Assembly (NCBI GenBank): GCA_965206645.1
Contig: CBDBKE010000001.1
Span: 160,001-224,000, forward strand
Length of the DNA: 64,000 bases
DNA from: Terriglobia bacterium
GTDB lineage: Bacteria; Acidobacteriota; Terriglobia; JAJPHL01; JAPKYU01
Direction: 5' to 3'
Numbering within the stretch: the stretch's first letter is position 1; each line of letters opens with the position of its first letter. Position numbers and translations under genes: made by a program. Shown piece by piece: positions 1-10,589 of this stretch. Below the pieces are notes generated by a model. The model was not told the DNA's origin. It searched no databases and was given only the letters and a program-made list of their open reading frames with translations.

Positions 1-2
1 CC

Positions 3-449
3 GACAACCGCAACCGAACGGTCAGCGAAATCCGCCACACCTTTTCCAAGCAAGGCGGGAACCTGGGGGAAGCCGGCAGCGTGGCCTGGATGTTCAAGAA
101 GCGCGGCTACATCGTCGTTCCCAAAGAGAAGGCCAGCGAAGACCAGTTATTGAGCATTGTACTGGATGCTGGCGGGGAAGACCTGCGGGATGACGGCTCG
201 CAGTGGGAGGTGCTGACGGCGGTGGAGACCTTCGAGGCGGTGGTGAACGCCTTGAAGGCCAGCCAGGTGGAAACAACCTTGGCCGAGATTTCCATGATCC
301 CGCAGAACTACGTCAAGCTGGAGGGAAGGAACGCGCAACAACTGATGCGCCTGCTGGAGGCGCTGGAGGACCACGACGACGTGCAGCACGTCTATTCCAA
401 CTTTGACGTGGAAGAGCGTGAGCTGCAGGCGGTGAGTGGCGGTGAGTGA
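3..449 (+). CDS. yebC: YebC/PmpR family regulator (5' partial, begins before window)
   Basis: Frame open from base 3: DNRNRTVSEIRHTFSKQGGNLGEAGSVAWMF...LEDHDDVQHVYSNFD. These are typical YebC motifs, and the gene lies directly upstream of ruvC. Confidence 0.93.
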   Translation, partial: DNRNRTVSEIRHTFSKQGGNLGEAGSVAWMFKKRGYIVVPKEKASEDQLLSIVLDAGGEDLRDDGSQWEVLTAVETFEAVVNALKASQVETTLAEISMIPQNYVKLEGRNAQQLMRLLEALEDHDDVQHVYSNFDVEERELQAVSGGE

Positions 450-472
450 ATGAGGCGGACACGCTGGCGCGC

Positions 473-486
473 TTTTTCAGCAGCCT
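473..486. repeat. Dispersed 14-bp repeat end TTTTTCAGCAGCCT
   Basis: Exact reverse complement of AGGCTGCTGAAAAA at 37625-37638. Both copies lie just after a stop codon. Confidence 0.5.
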
Positions 487-494
487 GTTAGTCA

Positions 495-1010
495 ATGACC
501 ATGCGAGTTCTGGGGATTGACTGCGGTTCCGAGTGCACTGGCTACGGAATCGTGGAGAGCGACGGCCAGGGCTATCGTCTGGTGGCCGTGGGCGATATCC
601 GGCCCACCCAGGGGCTGAGCCTGCCCGAACGGCTGCTCCAAATTGCCGAAGAGTTGCGACGGCTGATTCAGGAGTATGCCCCGCAGGAAGCAGCGGTCGA
701 AACGATTTTCGTGGCAATCAACGTGAAGAGCGCGCTGAAGCTGGCTCAGGTGCGCGGGGTGGCCCTGCTGGAGGCGGCTCGCGCCGGTATCCCGGTCCGG
801 GAGTATTCCCCATTGGAGGTGAAGTCCGGTGTGGTGGGGTACGGGCGCGCCGAAAAGTCGCAAGTGCAGCAGATGGTGCAAGCGATCCTGGGAACGGCGG
901 AGCCGCTGGAGTCTGCGGACGCCGCCGACGCGCTAGCAGTCGCCATCTGTCATATCAACGTGGGATTGACCCAACAGAAACTGGCCCGAGCCGCCAGCTC
1001 CAGGGGATGA
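495..1010 (+). CDS. ruvC: Holliday junction resolvase RuvC
   Basis: [41 protein letters not shown] and [12 protein letters not shown] motifs. Confidence 0.96.
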   Translation: MTMRVLGIDCGSECTGYGIVESDGQGYRLVAVGDIRPTQGLSLPERLLQIAEELRRLIQEYAPQEAAVETIFVAINVKSALKLAQVRGVALLEAARAGIPVREYSPLEVKSGVVGYGRAEKSQVQQMVQAILGTAEPLESADAADALAVAICHINVGLTQQKLARAASSRG

Positions 1011-1017
1011 GTTTGCG

Positions 1018-1713
1018 GTGAGGTTCCGCCTTAAGATTGGCGCTGCGCTTCTCGCCCTGCTCGCCGTGGGAATCAGTGGCGGTGCCGCCGCATTCCAGCA
1101 AGACAAGCCGGCCTTGCCCCGAGTGGTTTTCATCAAGGAATTTCCCGGCAGCTCACCCGCCTATTACTCGATCACGGTCATCCAGAACGGCGAAGCCGTC
1201 TACGCCACTGCACCGGATGATCCCCAGCCAGTGCGCTTCCGCCTCTCGGCGCCTTTGACCGGCCGGGTGTTTCAGATTGCCGCCCGCCTCAACCACTTCC
1301 GCACGCCGTTGGAAACGCGCAAGAAGACGAGGGTTGCCTCAATGGGCAAGAAGACCTTGCGCTACGAGGCCGGCGCGCAGCGCTTCGAGACGTCGTATAA
1401 CTTTACCGGGAACCAGGACGCTGCCGCGCTAACCAGACTGTTCGAGAAGATTTCCCTCACCGAAGAGTACCTGCTCGGCCTGGAGCGGGTGGTGCGTTTC
1501 GACCGGCTGGGAGTGATGCGGCAACTCCTGTGGATTGAGATCGGTATGAACAGACGGGACCTGGTGGCCCCGGTCCAGTTTGTTCCCCTGCTGGAACAGA
1601 TCGTTCAAGATTCACGCTTCCTCAACATCGCACAGGAGCGCGCTGCTCACCTGTTGAAACGCATCCGCAACGGCAAATACTCTGCAAAATTGAAACTGGG
1701 GAAGGCCCGCTAG
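1018..1713 (+). CDS. Secreted hypothetical protein
   Basis: 231-aa ORF with a signal-peptide-like N-terminus, 7 bp after ruvC. Confidence 0.75.
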   Translation: MRFRLKIGAALLALLAVGISGGAAAFQQDKPALPRVVFIKEFPGSSPAYYSITVIQNGEAVYATAPDDPQPVRFRLSAPLTGRVFQIAARLNHFRTPLETRKKTRVASMGKKTLRYEAGAQRFETSYNFTGNQDAAALTRLFEKISLTEEYLLGLERVVRFDRLGVMRQLLWIEIGMNRRDLVAPVQFVPLLEQIVQDSRFLNIAQERAAHLLKRIRNGKYSAKLKLGKAR

Positions 1714-1757
1714 CGGGCGCCGTAAGACGATCCCTTCAGGGACGGGGAGCCGTCTGT

Positions 1758-1818
1758 TGACGCGCGCGGCTCTGCAGGCGGAACCAGATGCCGAGCCGCG
1801 ACCCTCAGGAGGCGGTCA
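1758..1818. repeat. REP/REPIN-like inverted doublet
   Basis: TGACGCGCGCGGCTC...CCGAGCCGCGACCCTCAGGAGGCGGTCA. Related to 40076-40135 and 18813-18840, and lies between convergent genes. Confidence 0.55.
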
Positions 1819-1841
1819 CGCCACAGTTCTTCAGTACCCGG

Positions 1842-2231
1842 CTAGGGCAGTCCGGTCCACAATTCGCACACCACGATGGAGTCCAACGGGTTCTGCGGGT
1901 CGTACTTGACGCTGGCTAGAAGGCCTTCGCTGAATTTCTCGGCCTCGGCCATGTGGCGCAACGCGGAAATGTCCTGGGCGGCAGAATAGGTCACTCCGGC
2001 GACTGAATAGTCGTAATGGAGGAGCCGGAGGCGGCGGCCGCTCTGCTCCAGTTCGGTTACCTCCACGATCGTACCGTCGCAGATGCGCCCGATGGCGTTA
2101 ATCCGCAGGCGCCGTTCCCGTTCTCTCTCGGCAGGGCTCTTCCTGGAGCGCAAGAAAAGCCCCAGCGCGAGCCCGCCCGCCAGCAGCCCCCCTGCCATCA
2201 ACCCCAAGCCGAAGAGTTGGCCTGGCCCCAT
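1842..2231 (-). CDS. Membrane-anchored hypothetical protein (DUF3592-like)
   Basis: N-terminal TM helix followed by GTIVE...YDYSVAGVTY...VKYDPQNP pattern. Confidence 0.7.
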   Translation of the reverse strand: MGPGQLFGLGLMAGGLLAGGLALGLFLRSRKSPAERERERRLRINAIGRICDGTIVEVTELEQSGRRLRLLHYDYSVAGVTYSAAQDISALRHMAEAEKFSEGLLASVKYDPQNPLDSIVVCELWTGLP

Positions 2232-2311
2232 GTGCGTTTCCTCTGCGTCCCGTCTTTGGACCTCCCAATATCTCCAACGGCACCCGGTCGGGGCGCCGTT
2301 CAGGGCCTCGT

Positions 2312-3361
2312 TCAGGGCTGGACGAGAACCGTCCGGGAACGGGCACTCTCGTTTCCCTTCCGGTCCACTGCACTCACCGCGTAGGAGTAGGTGGTGCCTG
2401 GCCGGGTGGTGGCGTCCTGGAAGGTCGGTGAAACGAGCAGGTCCTTGTTGAGCTGACGGGGTGGTCCGCCATTTTCGCTGCGAAACAGGTTGTAGCCGGC
2501 TAGATCAGGCTCCAGATTGGGCTTCCAGGACAATTGCACCGCCGGCGGGGCTGTCGGCTCCAGCAAGGTCGTCAGGTCCGCCGGCACTTGCGGCGGAAAC
2601 AGGTCTTCCGGACGAATGAAAGCGATCGGGGAGTCGGGGCTCTCGGCGCGGAACGTACCCTGGATCGTAACCGCTCGGACCAGATACCGGTAGTCGCGGC
2701 CATAGTCGAACGGCGCATCGGCGTGGGCCGGCTGCGCGGGTTGGGCGGCCAGTTCCCATGGGCCTTCGCCCTTGGCGCGATACAGGTGATAAGCCGCGGC
2801 GCCAGGCACCGGTGGCCACTCCAGCAGGATTTCCCGCTCGGTGACCTGCAGACGAATCTTGGCCGGGGCAGGCAGGGCCGCCAGCAAGGGAACAGCGGCA
2901 ATATTGGAGAAGCCGGCGCTGTCGCTGCGCCGGTTCAGCAGTCGCACGGCGTAGGCGGCGGTGCTGCCCACCCGGCCGTCCGGCACTGGCTCGTTGTACT
3001 GCTCCTGGAGGGCGGGGAGCGACGCTACACGCGAGGCCGCCGCTTGGAACTCCTGCGGGCTCACCTCGGCGCGCAAGCCCGGCAGCACCGCCCGGTATAC
3101 TTCCACCGGGCCGAGCTTCTTCGGGCGCACGGTCGCGCCTTCGGTGGTGCGGGCGGGCGTCCTCCAGGCCAGCCACACGCGGTCCCCTCGCTGCATGCCG
3201 CGCATCTCGGCGGGCTGGGGAATGTCCAGCAGTGGCGGGAGCGGTGCGCCCCGAACTCCGCAGCCGACCAGCGCACCTGCGCAGCCGCAAAGCAGGCAGA
3301 GCCGGGCGGCCCACTCGTTTCGGTCTCCCCGTGTGGTTTTCGGCACCGCGGTGAGAGGCAA
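2312..3361 (-). CDS. Fibronectin type III domain lipoprotein
   Basis: Lipobox LVGC followed by G..G.PLPP. Repeated LxW...YxLYR...YxYxVxAV FN3 patterns. Operonic with hslU. Exact start uncertain. Confidence 0.8.
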   Translation of the reverse strand: MPLTAVPKTTRGDRNEWAARLCLLCGCAGALVGCGVRGAPLPPLLDIPQPAEMRGMQRGDRVWLAWRTPARTTEGATVRPKKLGPVEVYRAVLPGLRAEVSPQEFQAAASRVASLPALQEQYNEPVPDGRVGSTAAYAVRLLNRRSDSAGFSNIAAVPLLAALPAPAKIRLQVTEREILLEWPPVPGAAAYHLYRAKGEGPWELAAQPAQPAHADAPFDYGRDYRYLVRAVTIQGTFRAESPDSPIAFIRPEDLFPPQVPADLTTLLEPTAPPAVQLSWKPNLEPDLAGYNLFRSENGGPPRQLNKDLLVSPTFQDATTRPGTTYSYAVSAVDRKGNESARSRTVLVQP

Positions 3362-3364
3362 GGT

Positions 3365-4735
3365 CTAGAGGATGTAGCGCGACAAATCCTGATTTTTCAC
3401 GATGTCGGCCAGTTGCTTCTGCACGTAGGCGGCGTCGATTTTGACGCTCTTCTTCTTCAGGTCGGGCCCCTCGAAGCTGATCTCGTCCAGGATCCGCTCC
3501 ATGATCGTGTGCAGCCGCCGCGCCCCGATATTCTCGGTCTGCTCGTTGACCTGGGCCGCGCTTCGGGCGATCTCCTCGATCGCCTCATCGGCGAAGTGCA
3601 GCCGGATTCCCTCGGTTTCCAGCAGCGCGGTGTACTGCTTGATCAAGGCGCTTTTCGGTTCCTTCAAGATGCGGACGAAGTCCCCCAGTGTCAACGAGTG
3701 CAATTCCACGCGAATGGGGAAGCGCCCCTGCAGTTCCGGGATCAGGTCGGAGGGCTTGGAGACGTGGAATGCGCCGGCGGCCATGAACAGGATGTAGTCG
3801 GTGCGCACCATGCCGTAGCGGGTGTTCACCGTAGTGCCCTCGACAATGGGCAAGATGTCGCGCTGTACCCCTTCGCGGCTGACGTCAGGGCCGTGCCCGC
3901 TCTCGCGCCCGGCGATCTTGTCCAGCTCGTCCAGGAAGATGATCCCGGACTGCTCGACCCGCTCCACTGCGGTGCGCGTCACCTGGTCCATATCAATGAG
4001 CCGTTGCTCCTCTTCGTGGATCAGGTGGTCCACGGCCTCACCCACCCGCACCTTGCGCTTCTTGGTCTTCTGGCCGAAGAAGCCGGGTAGCATGTCTCGG
4101 ATGTTGACGCCCATCTCCTCCACGCCGGTGTTGGTGACGATTTCAAAGGACGGGAAGTTGCGCTCGCGGACTTCGATCTCCACGATTCGGTCGTCCAGCT
4201 TGCCGTCGCGCAGTTGCTGGCGGAACTTTTCCCGGGTGCGCTGGTAGCTCTCGCCGGAGTCGCCGTCGGTCGGCGGGGGAGGCGGCACCAGCAGGTCCAG
4301 CAGGCGCTCCTCGGCGGCCGCCTCGGCCTTGTCGGCCACCTCCTCCAACTTCTCCTGCCGCACCATGTCAATGGCGATCTCCACCAAGTCGCGGATCATA
4401 GACTCCACGTCGCGGCCGACATAGCCCACCTCGGTAAACTTGCTGGCTTCCACCTTCAGGAACGGGGAGTTCGACAGGCGCGCCAGGCGGCGGGCGATTT
4501 CAGTTTTGCCCACCCCGGTGGGACCGATCATCAAGATGTTCTTGGGCAAGATTTCTTCGGCCAGTTCGGGGGCGAGTTTCTGGCGGCGGATGCGGTTGCG
4601 CAGAGCGATGGCCACCGCGCGTTTGGCCGCCGTCTGCCCGACCACGTGTTTGTCCAGCTCGGAGACGATCTCGCGCGGCGTCAGCTCGTCCAGCGCCGGC
4701 GTCTCGTCCACGGCTCCAGGCAAATAGATCGCCAT
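3365..4735 (-). CDS. hslU: ATP-dependent protease ATPase subunit HslU
   Basis: [50 protein letters not shown]. Confidence 0.98.
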   Translation of the reverse strand: MAIYLPGAVDETPALDELTPREIVSELDKHVVGQTAAKRAVAIALRNRIRRQKLAPELAEEILPKNILMIGPTGVGKTEIARRLARLSNSPFLKVEASKFTEVGYVGRDVESMIRDLVEIAIDMVRQEKLEEVADKAEAAAEERLLDLLVPPPPPTDGDSGESYQRTREKFRQQLRDGKLDDRIVEIEVRERNFPSFEIVTNTGVEEMGVNIRDMLPGFFGQKTKKRKVRVGEAVDHLIHEEEQRLIDMDQVTRTAVERVEQSGIIFLDELDKIAGRESGHGPDVSREGVQRDILPIVEGTTVNTRYGMVRTDYILFMAAGAFHVSKPSDLIPELQGRFPIRVELHSLTLGDFVRILKEPKSALIKQYTALLETEGIRLHFADEAIEEIARSAAQVNEQTENIGARRLHTIMERILDEISFEGPDLKKKSVKIDAAYVQKQLADIVKNQDLSRYIL

Positions 4736-5271
4736 TACAACTCCTCGATGGTGATGTTGCTGTTGGTATAGATACAGGTCTTGCCGGCGATGTCCAGCGC
4801 TTCCTCGGCAATCCTGCGCGCCGGCAAGTTGCTATGCTTGGCCAGGGCGCGTGCCGCGGCCAGGGCCACTGACCCGCCGGACCCGATGGCGGCGATGCCC
4901 TCGTCGGGTTCAATGACGTCGCCCTGCCCGCTGAGCAGGAGCATGTTCTCTGCGTCGGCGACGAGCAGCAGCGCCTCCAGGTGTCGCAGCACGCGGTCGG
5001 TGCGCCACTCCTTGGCCAGCTCCACCGCAGACCGCGGCAGGTTGCCCTGGTGCTGCTCCAGCTTGGTCTCAAAGCGCGCAAACAATGAAAAGGCGTCGGC
5101 GGTGGAGCCGGCAAAGCCGGCCAGCACCTTGTCGTTGAACAGCCGCCGAATTTTCCGTGCGGTGTGCTTGATGACGGTGTCGCCCAGAGTGACCTGGCCG
5201 TCGCCAGCCATTACCACACCGCCGTCCCGGTGGACACACAGCACCGTCGTGGAATGCATGCGGTTGTGCAC
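4735..5271 (-). CDS. hslV: ATP-dependent protease peptidase subunit HslV
   Basis: STTVL (catalytic Thr), [24 protein letters not shown]. Overlaps the hslU start. ATG at 5259 is an alternative start. Confidence 0.97.
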   Translation of the reverse strand: MHNRMHSTTVLCVHRDGGVVMAGDGQVTLGDTVIKHTARKIRRLFNDKVLAGFAGSTADAFSLFARFETKLEQHQGNLPRSAVELAKEWRTDRVLRHLEALLLVADAENMLLLSGQGDVIEPDEGIAAIGSGGSVALAAARALAKHSNLPARRIAEEALDIAGKTCIYTNSNITIEEL

Positions 5272-5479
5272 GATCGCGCCTCGTATTCCGCCTCTGGTAA
5301 GGTTGGTATTATATCAGCCCGGCCGGAGTGGGTCACCATCGACGCGGTCAGGCTGGCCCTAAGAACATGAGGATAGCGGAGATGGTCGAGGTGCACATAG
5401 CTGAATTCACTGGTAGTCTGCACTCTCGCAGCAGACTCAACGGGAGATTCGAAGGTCCTGAACTCCTCGGAGGTGGTCT

Positions 5480-5950
5480 ATGGATACTCTAGCAATTTTC
5501 GGCCTGCAGTTCTTCTTGAGCCTTGTCGTGTGGGGCGTGATTGCAAAGTGGTCGTTGGGTCCCTGGCTAGAGAAAAAGTCTTCACACGAGGCTCTCTATT
5601 GGCTGACCCTGCCGCATGCATTTCGCTACATCGGAATGGTATTCCTTGTCCCCGGAGTCGTTGCGCGACCGTTGCCAGGCGCTTTCGCTAATCCTGCCGC
5701 CTACGGAGACTTGGTGACGGGTGTGCTGGCGTTGCTGGCGCTCATCGCTCTGCGGACTGGCTGGGCTAGGGCGTTGGCGCTGGTCTGGCTCTTCAACATT
5801 GTCGGCACGGTGGACCTTCTAAATGCACTGCGCCAAGCGAATGTGGTACCGGACTTCGGAGCGGCTTGGTACATTCCGACATTCTTCGTTCCACTACTCC
5901 TGGTGACTCACTTCATGATATTTGCCCGCCTGCTCAAGCGCGGGACTTGA
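5480..5950 (+). CDS. Small multi-pass membrane protein
   Basis: 156 aa with about 5 hydrophobic segments and a GGAGG SD upstream. Confidence 0.8.
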   Translation: MDTLAIFGLQFFLSLVVWGVIAKWSLGPWLEKKSSHEALYWLTLPHAFRYIGMVFLVPGVVARPLPGAFANPAAYGDLVTGVLALLALIALRTGWARALALVWLFNIVGTVDLLNALRQANVVPDFGAAWYIPTFFVPLLLVTHFMIFARLLKRGT

Positions 5951-6056
5951 ATCACGCGTGCCCGTCATCCAAGCCTCTGCCCAAAGGCGTGCTCTCGCGT
6001 TGACCCAGCGGCTGCCGACAGCCTTCTTACTGGGTCCAAGGAGTCTTCATTGCTGG

Positions 6057-8219
6057 TCAGATAAACAGGGGGGCGGCGACCAGGGTAATGGTGGCGAGCA
6101 ACTTGATCAGCACGTGGATGGAAGGGCCGGCGGTGTCCTTGAAGGGGTCGCCCACCGTGTCGCCGACTACGGCGGCCTTATGCGCTTCCGAGCGCTTGCC
6201 GCCGTACTGGCCGGTCTCGATGAACTTCTTGGCGTTATCCCAGGCGCCGCCGCCGTTGTTCATCAGCGTGGCCAGTAGGATGCCGCTAATGGTGGCCACC
6301 ATCAACAGCGCGGCCACCGACTCGGCGCCAATCAGATCGTCTGGGCCGCGGCTGCCGACGCCGAGGTGCTTGAACGCCAAGCCCACGGCTACCGGCATGC
6401 CCACCGCCAGCAGTCCGGGTACCACCATGGCCTTCAGCGCGCCCACGGTGACAATGTCCACGCACCGCCCATAGTCCGGCCGGGCGGTACCGGCCATGAT
6501 GCCCGGGTTTTCACGGAACTGGCGGCGCACTTCCTCGATAACGTAGTAGGCCGCTTTGCCCACCGCCTTGATGGCGAAGGCACTGAATAGGAACACTAGC
6601 ATGGCGCCCAGCAACGCTCCACAGAACACCGGCACCTTGCCGAGGTCCACCGTGTGGAAGGGGCGCCCGCTCAGCAGGCTGACTTCATCCAGGTAGGCCG
6701 AGAACAGTAGGAAGGCGGCCAGGGCGGCGCTGCCGATCGCGTAGCCCTTGGTGAGGGCTTTGGTGGTGTTGCCCACCGAGTCCAGCCGGTCGGTCTTCGC
6801 CCGCACCTCCTCAGGCTGCCCGGACATTTCGATGATCCCGCCGGCGTTGTCGGTGATGGGGCCAAAGGTATCCATGGCCAGGATGTAGGCGGCGGTGGAC
6901 AGCATACCCATCGTGGCTACCGCCGTGCCGTAGAGTCCTCCGCCAGGCACAGCGCGCGTCCCCATCCAGTAGGAGAGCAGCAGGGCGGCGCAGATCGCCA
7001 ACACTGGCAGCGCCGTGCACTCCAGCGCCACCGCAAAGCCGGTGATGATGTTGGTGGCCGGGCCGGTGCGGGAGGCGAGCACGATGGATTGCACCGGACG
7101 GTAGCGGTAGTCGGTGTAGTACTGCGTGATGTAGACGAACACGAAGCTGGTCAGGATGCCTACCACGCCGGCTGCGAAGAACCACAGGTTGTTCTCCAGC
7201 AGTTGGTGCACGGCGATGTAGAAGCCGACAATGGCCAGGATCGTCGTCACGTAGTAGCCGCGGTTGAGGGCCTGCATGGGGTCAGCGTCCTCCCGCGTGC
7301 GCACCACCAGGATGCCGGCAATGGAAGCCAGCAGACCGAAGGCGCGGGCGACCAGGGGGAACAGGATGGCTTTCAGGCCAAATTGCGGGTACAGGGCGAC
7401 GCCGAGGATCATGGCGCCAACGTTTTCCGCGGCGGTAGACTCAAACAAGTCCGCGCCGCGACCGGCGCAGTCGCCGACGTTATCTCCCACCAGGTCGGCA
7501 ATCACCGCCGGGTTGCGCGGGTCGTCCTCGGGGATGCCCGCCTCCACCTTGCCCACTAGATCGGCGCCCACATCGGCGCCCTTGGTGAAGATGCCGCCAC
7601 CCAGCTGGGCGAACAGGGCCACGAAGCTTGCGCCGAAGCCAAAGCCCACAAGCTGCAAGGGAATGGCCTGCGGCTCCTCCAGTCCGCCAAAGAAGTAGAA
7701 CAGGCCGCCCACCCCCAGCAGGGACATGGCGACCACCGACAGGCCGGTCACCGCCCCCCCGCGCAGGGCGATTTGCAGAGCTCGGTTGAGGCTCGTGCGC
7801 GCGGCGCTGGCGGCGCGGATGTTGGCCCGGATGGAGACGAACATGCCGCTGAAGCCGGCAATGGCGGAACACAGGGCTCCCACAATGAAGGCCACCGTGG
7901 TTCGCCAGGCGATGGTCAGGTCACCTTTGCCTTGCCAATAGCCCAGGAAAATGATGGCGGCCAGCACCACGGTCAGGCCGCCGATGGTGGTGTATTGCCG
8001 CCGCAGGAACGCTTCCGCGCCTTCTTTGATGGCGTTGGAAATGTCTTGCATCTGGGGGGTGCCGGTGTCCTGCCGCAGCACGTAGGCCGTCAGCAGGACA
8101 GCCACACCCAGCGACAGCGCGCTGAGCACGACTACAAACGGCAGCCAACCCTGACCATCGGTGCCCGCGGCGCCTTGCCAGAACAGGGCCAGGCTAAGCA
8201 GGTTGCCAGCAGCCAACAT
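6057..8219 (-). CDS. hppA: Membrane-bound H+-translocating pyrophosphatase, K+-independent type
   Basis: DVGADLVGKVE, EDDPRNPAVIAD, GDTVGDPFKDTAGP. GNTTKA carries the Lys determinant of K+-independent enzymes. Confidence 0.95.
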   Translation of the reverse strand: MLAAGNLLSLALFWQGAAGTDGQGWLPFVVVLSALSLGVAVLLTAYVLRQDTGTPQMQDISNAIKEGAEAFLRRQYTTIGGLTVVLAAIIFLGYWQGKGDLTIAWRTTVAFIVGALCSAIAGFSGMFVSIRANIRAASAARTSLNRALQIALRGGAVTGLSVVAMSLLGVGGLFYFFGGLEEPQAIPLQLVGFGFGASFVALFAQLGGGIFTKGADVGADLVGKVEAGIPEDDPRNPAVIADLVGDNVGDCAGRGADLFESTAAENVGAMILGVALYPQFGLKAILFPLVARAFGLLASIAGILVVRTREDADPMQALNRGYYVTTILAIVGFYIAVHQLLENNLWFFAAGVVGILTSFVFVYITQYYTDYRYRPVQSIVLASRTGPATNIITGFAVALECTALPVLAICAALLLSYWMGTRAVPGGGLYGTAVATMGMLSTAAYILAMDTFGPITDNAGGIIEMSGQPEEVRAKTDRLDSVGNTTKALTKGYAIGSAALAAFLLFSAYLDEVSLLSGRPFHTVDLGKVPVFCGALLGAMLVFLFSAFAIKAVGKAAYYVIEEVRRQFRENPGIMAGTARPDYGRCVDIVTVGALKAMVVPGLLAVGMPVAVGLAFKHLGVGSRGPDDLIGAESVAALLMVATISGILLATLMNNGGGAWDNAKKFIETGQYGGKRSEAHKAAVVGDTVGDPFKDTAGPSIHVLIKLLATITLVAAPLFI

Positions 8220-8359
8220 TTAGCTTCCTCCGGAAACGACAACGGCCTGAGTCGTGCCCGCTCGGGCCGGCAGGATCGTACACGATCGCACCAAGCTGGC
8301 CGTCGTCACCCACGCGGTGGACCTACAGCACGCGCGGCTTGCGTGGTGGCAAATCAGGT

Positions 8360-8389
8360 CTTATAGCACGCGATTCGAAGGCTGGTCAA
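8360..8389 (-). promoter_or_regulatory. Putative sigma70 promoter of hppA
   Basis: TTGACC-N18-TATAAG with an extended TG on the minus strand, about 140 nt upstream of the ATG. Confidence 0.5.
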
Positions 8390-8528
8390 GAATTGGACCG
8401 CGAACTGCTTTTCCATGCGGGTGACAGGTGAAGCCGGACCTGCTCCAGGCAGCTTTCTTCAGGGGGCAAGAGTCGGAGTGAGCCAAGATGAGAAGCGAGA
8501 TACTCAAGGGGCGAGCTAGGCGGGGATT

Positions 8529-9233
8529 TCAACTGCCGTCGGGCTTCCAGTATTCAAACGGGTCGTAGCGCACGATGCCGCGGAAGGCCCCAACCGCGGT
8601 GGACCGCTTCAAGTAATAACGGAAGCGGGCCTGGCCATCCACCACCTCGGTGGCGCTGCTGGAGATGTGGTAGAGCTCCCCGTTGTACTCGACCTGCACC
8701 AGCGAACGCCAGTTCGACTTGGGGCGGACCGAGGTGACGCGCAGGTCCCAGGCCGCGCCAGGCTGCCGCAGCTCGACAAGGTCGGGAGCGGGAGGGGCCA
8801 GGCGCCGCCGCGCCCATCGGCGCTCCACCCAGCCGTGCACTTCTCCGAACAGCCAGAAAGGCAAAGAGGGGAGAGGTTCTTGCGCGATCACCGTGGAAAG
8901 CATCCGCACCCCTCCTTCAAGCATGAAGTACATAGCCAGCAGAGGGCCCGGGCTGATGGAGAAGGCAAGCCAGCCCACTACGCCCACCCCCATGGAAAGC
9001 CAGTACAGGTTGTGTTCCATGTCAGTGGCCACGGCAGCGCCCGCTAGCGGCCCAAACTGATTCAGGAAACGGAAGAACAGAGTGACGTAAACCGCGAGGG
9101 CCACCAGCATCTGCAGGGTTCCCGAGAGAAACGTGCCGGCGACCGGGTTCACCTGGTAGCGCCTGCGATAGCGTTCCGGCAGCAGGCTCAGGAGGATGTC
9201 GACTACCTGGTGAGACATGGTCCCCTCACGCAA
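8529..9233 (-). CDS. Membrane hypothetical protein
   Basis: 234-aa ORF with about 3 TM segments and a soluble C-terminus. ATG at 9218 is the likelier start. Confidence 0.7.
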   Translation of the reverse strand: MREGTMSHQVVDILLSLLPERYRRRYQVNPVAGTFLSGTLQMLVALAVYVTLFFRFLNQFGPLAGAAVATDMEHNLYWLSMGVGVVGWLAFSISPGPLLAMYFMLEGGVRMLSTVIAQEPLPSLPFWLFGEVHGWVERRWARRRLAPPAPDLVELRQPGAAWDLRVTSVRPKSNWRSLVQVEYNGELYHISSSATEVVDGQARFRYYLKRSTAVGAFRGIVRYDPFEYWKPDGS

Positions 9234-9422
9234 CAGGCAAGATGGTGGAATTGCTGGCCACCCCGCCGGCTGTCACCTGTGACTCAGCATCACCACGAAG
9301 GCCGGCCCGCACCTGCAGCGTTCCCGTCCGCGCTCCCCAGGTAACCGAAGCGGCCCTTCTGTTCAATCCCGAGAGAAAGCCGCACAGCCACAGAGAGGCA
9401 GAGACCCACTGCAATGGAGGGC

Positions 9423-10502
9423 CTAGCCTGTCAGCAGAGAGCGATAGACGTCCAGGGTGGACTGGGCGGCGCGTTGCCAGGTGAACTGGCTGGCGCGAGC
9501 GCGGCCGAGCGCGCACCATTGCGCCCGCCAGGGCTCATCTTCCACCATGCGCCGCGCCGCCTCCGTTATCCCTTCAACGTCCCTGGGATCCACCAGCACC
9601 GCCGCGTCGCCCGCGATTTCCGGCAGCGAAGAGGTGTTGGAGGTGATCACGGGCAGACCGCGCGCCATGGCTTCCAGAACGGGCAGTCCAAAGCCTTCTT
9701 CCAGCGAGGGGAACAGCAGCGCAGTGGCTTCCGCGTACAGTGCATCAAGCGTTGGCTCATCGGTGTAGCCCAGCAGACGGATGCGGTCCCTCAGGCCGCG
9801 GCCATGGATGAAATCCAGCACCTTCTGGGCGCCGTGGCCGGCGCTGCCGACGACAACCAGGCGCGCCGATGTGCCAGGCAAAAGGCGGTTGATCGACTCG
9901 ACCGCCGCCAGCGTGTTTTTCCGCACTTGAATAGCGCCCACCGAGAGGAAAAACGGTCCCTCACCAACCAGTCGGCGCGCCCGCTGCCGAGCATCAACCG
10001 AGGGCGGCCGGAGTGCCTGCTCAACCCCATGGTGCACAACCGCGCAGGATTCTTTCCGCAGCCCCAGCAGCCGGCAGAGCTTGTCGCGGGTATAGGCAGA
10101 AACGCAAATGACGCGGTCGGCGCGCGTGACTGCATCCCTGATTGAGGCCGAGAACCGCGCCCGAAACGCCGGAGTGGAGTAGTCTTCTGCCGAAAGCGCG
10201 AACACATCGTGGACCGTCACGACTTGGCGCTGGAACTGGTAACGAGGCAGGCGCTGATTCAGCCCGTGAAACAGGTCCACCTGCCCAGGCAGGCGCCAGT
10301 TCAGCGGTTCCTGGAGCCAGCAGGAGCGGAACGGCAGCCAGTCAAAGTGACGGCCCAGGCGCAAGACGCGCGGCCAGCGCGCGCATAGGGTGAGCCGGAG
10401 TTCGGGGACTCGGGAGAGTTCCCGGATGAGTCGGTCGGAATAGCGAGCCACTCCCGATGGATGGGGGTCCAGCGCATAGGTGGCATCCAACGCCAGGCGC
10501 AC
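9423..10502 (-). CDS. Glycosyltransferase family 4 (GT-B)
   Basis: VVTVHD, RKN, FPSLEEGFGLPVLEAMA (ExxxxxxxE motif), FTWQRAA. Confidence 0.92.
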   Translation of the reverse strand: MRLALDATYALDPHPSGVARYSDRLIRELSRVPELRLTLCARWPRVLRLGRHFDWLPFRSCWLQEPLNWRLPGQVDLFHGLNQRLPRYQFQRQVVTVHDVFALSAEDYSTPAFRARFSASIRDAVTRADRVICVSAYTRDKLCRLLGLRKESCAVVHHGVEQALRPPSVDARQRARRLVGEGPFFLSVGAIQVRKNTLAAVESINRLLPGTSARLVVVGSAGHGAQKVLDFIHGRGLRDRIRLLGYTDEPTLDALYAEATALLFPSLEEGFGLPVLEAMARGLPVITSNTSSLPEIAGDAAVLVDPRDVEGITEAARRMVEDEPWRAQWCALGRARASQFTWQRAAQSTLDVYRSLLTG

Positions 10503-10589
10503 GCCTCATCTTACATCGCGATCTTCCATCGCGGTGCTGCGGGCCCTGTAGCATGCCGGAACCATGCCGGGCGCGTCAGCCAAGGCACG

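Noticed and set aside
2534-4090. 518-aa plus-strand ORF
   Set aside because: Antisense shadow of hslU and the FN3 gene, expected from high-GC codon bias, with no motifs.
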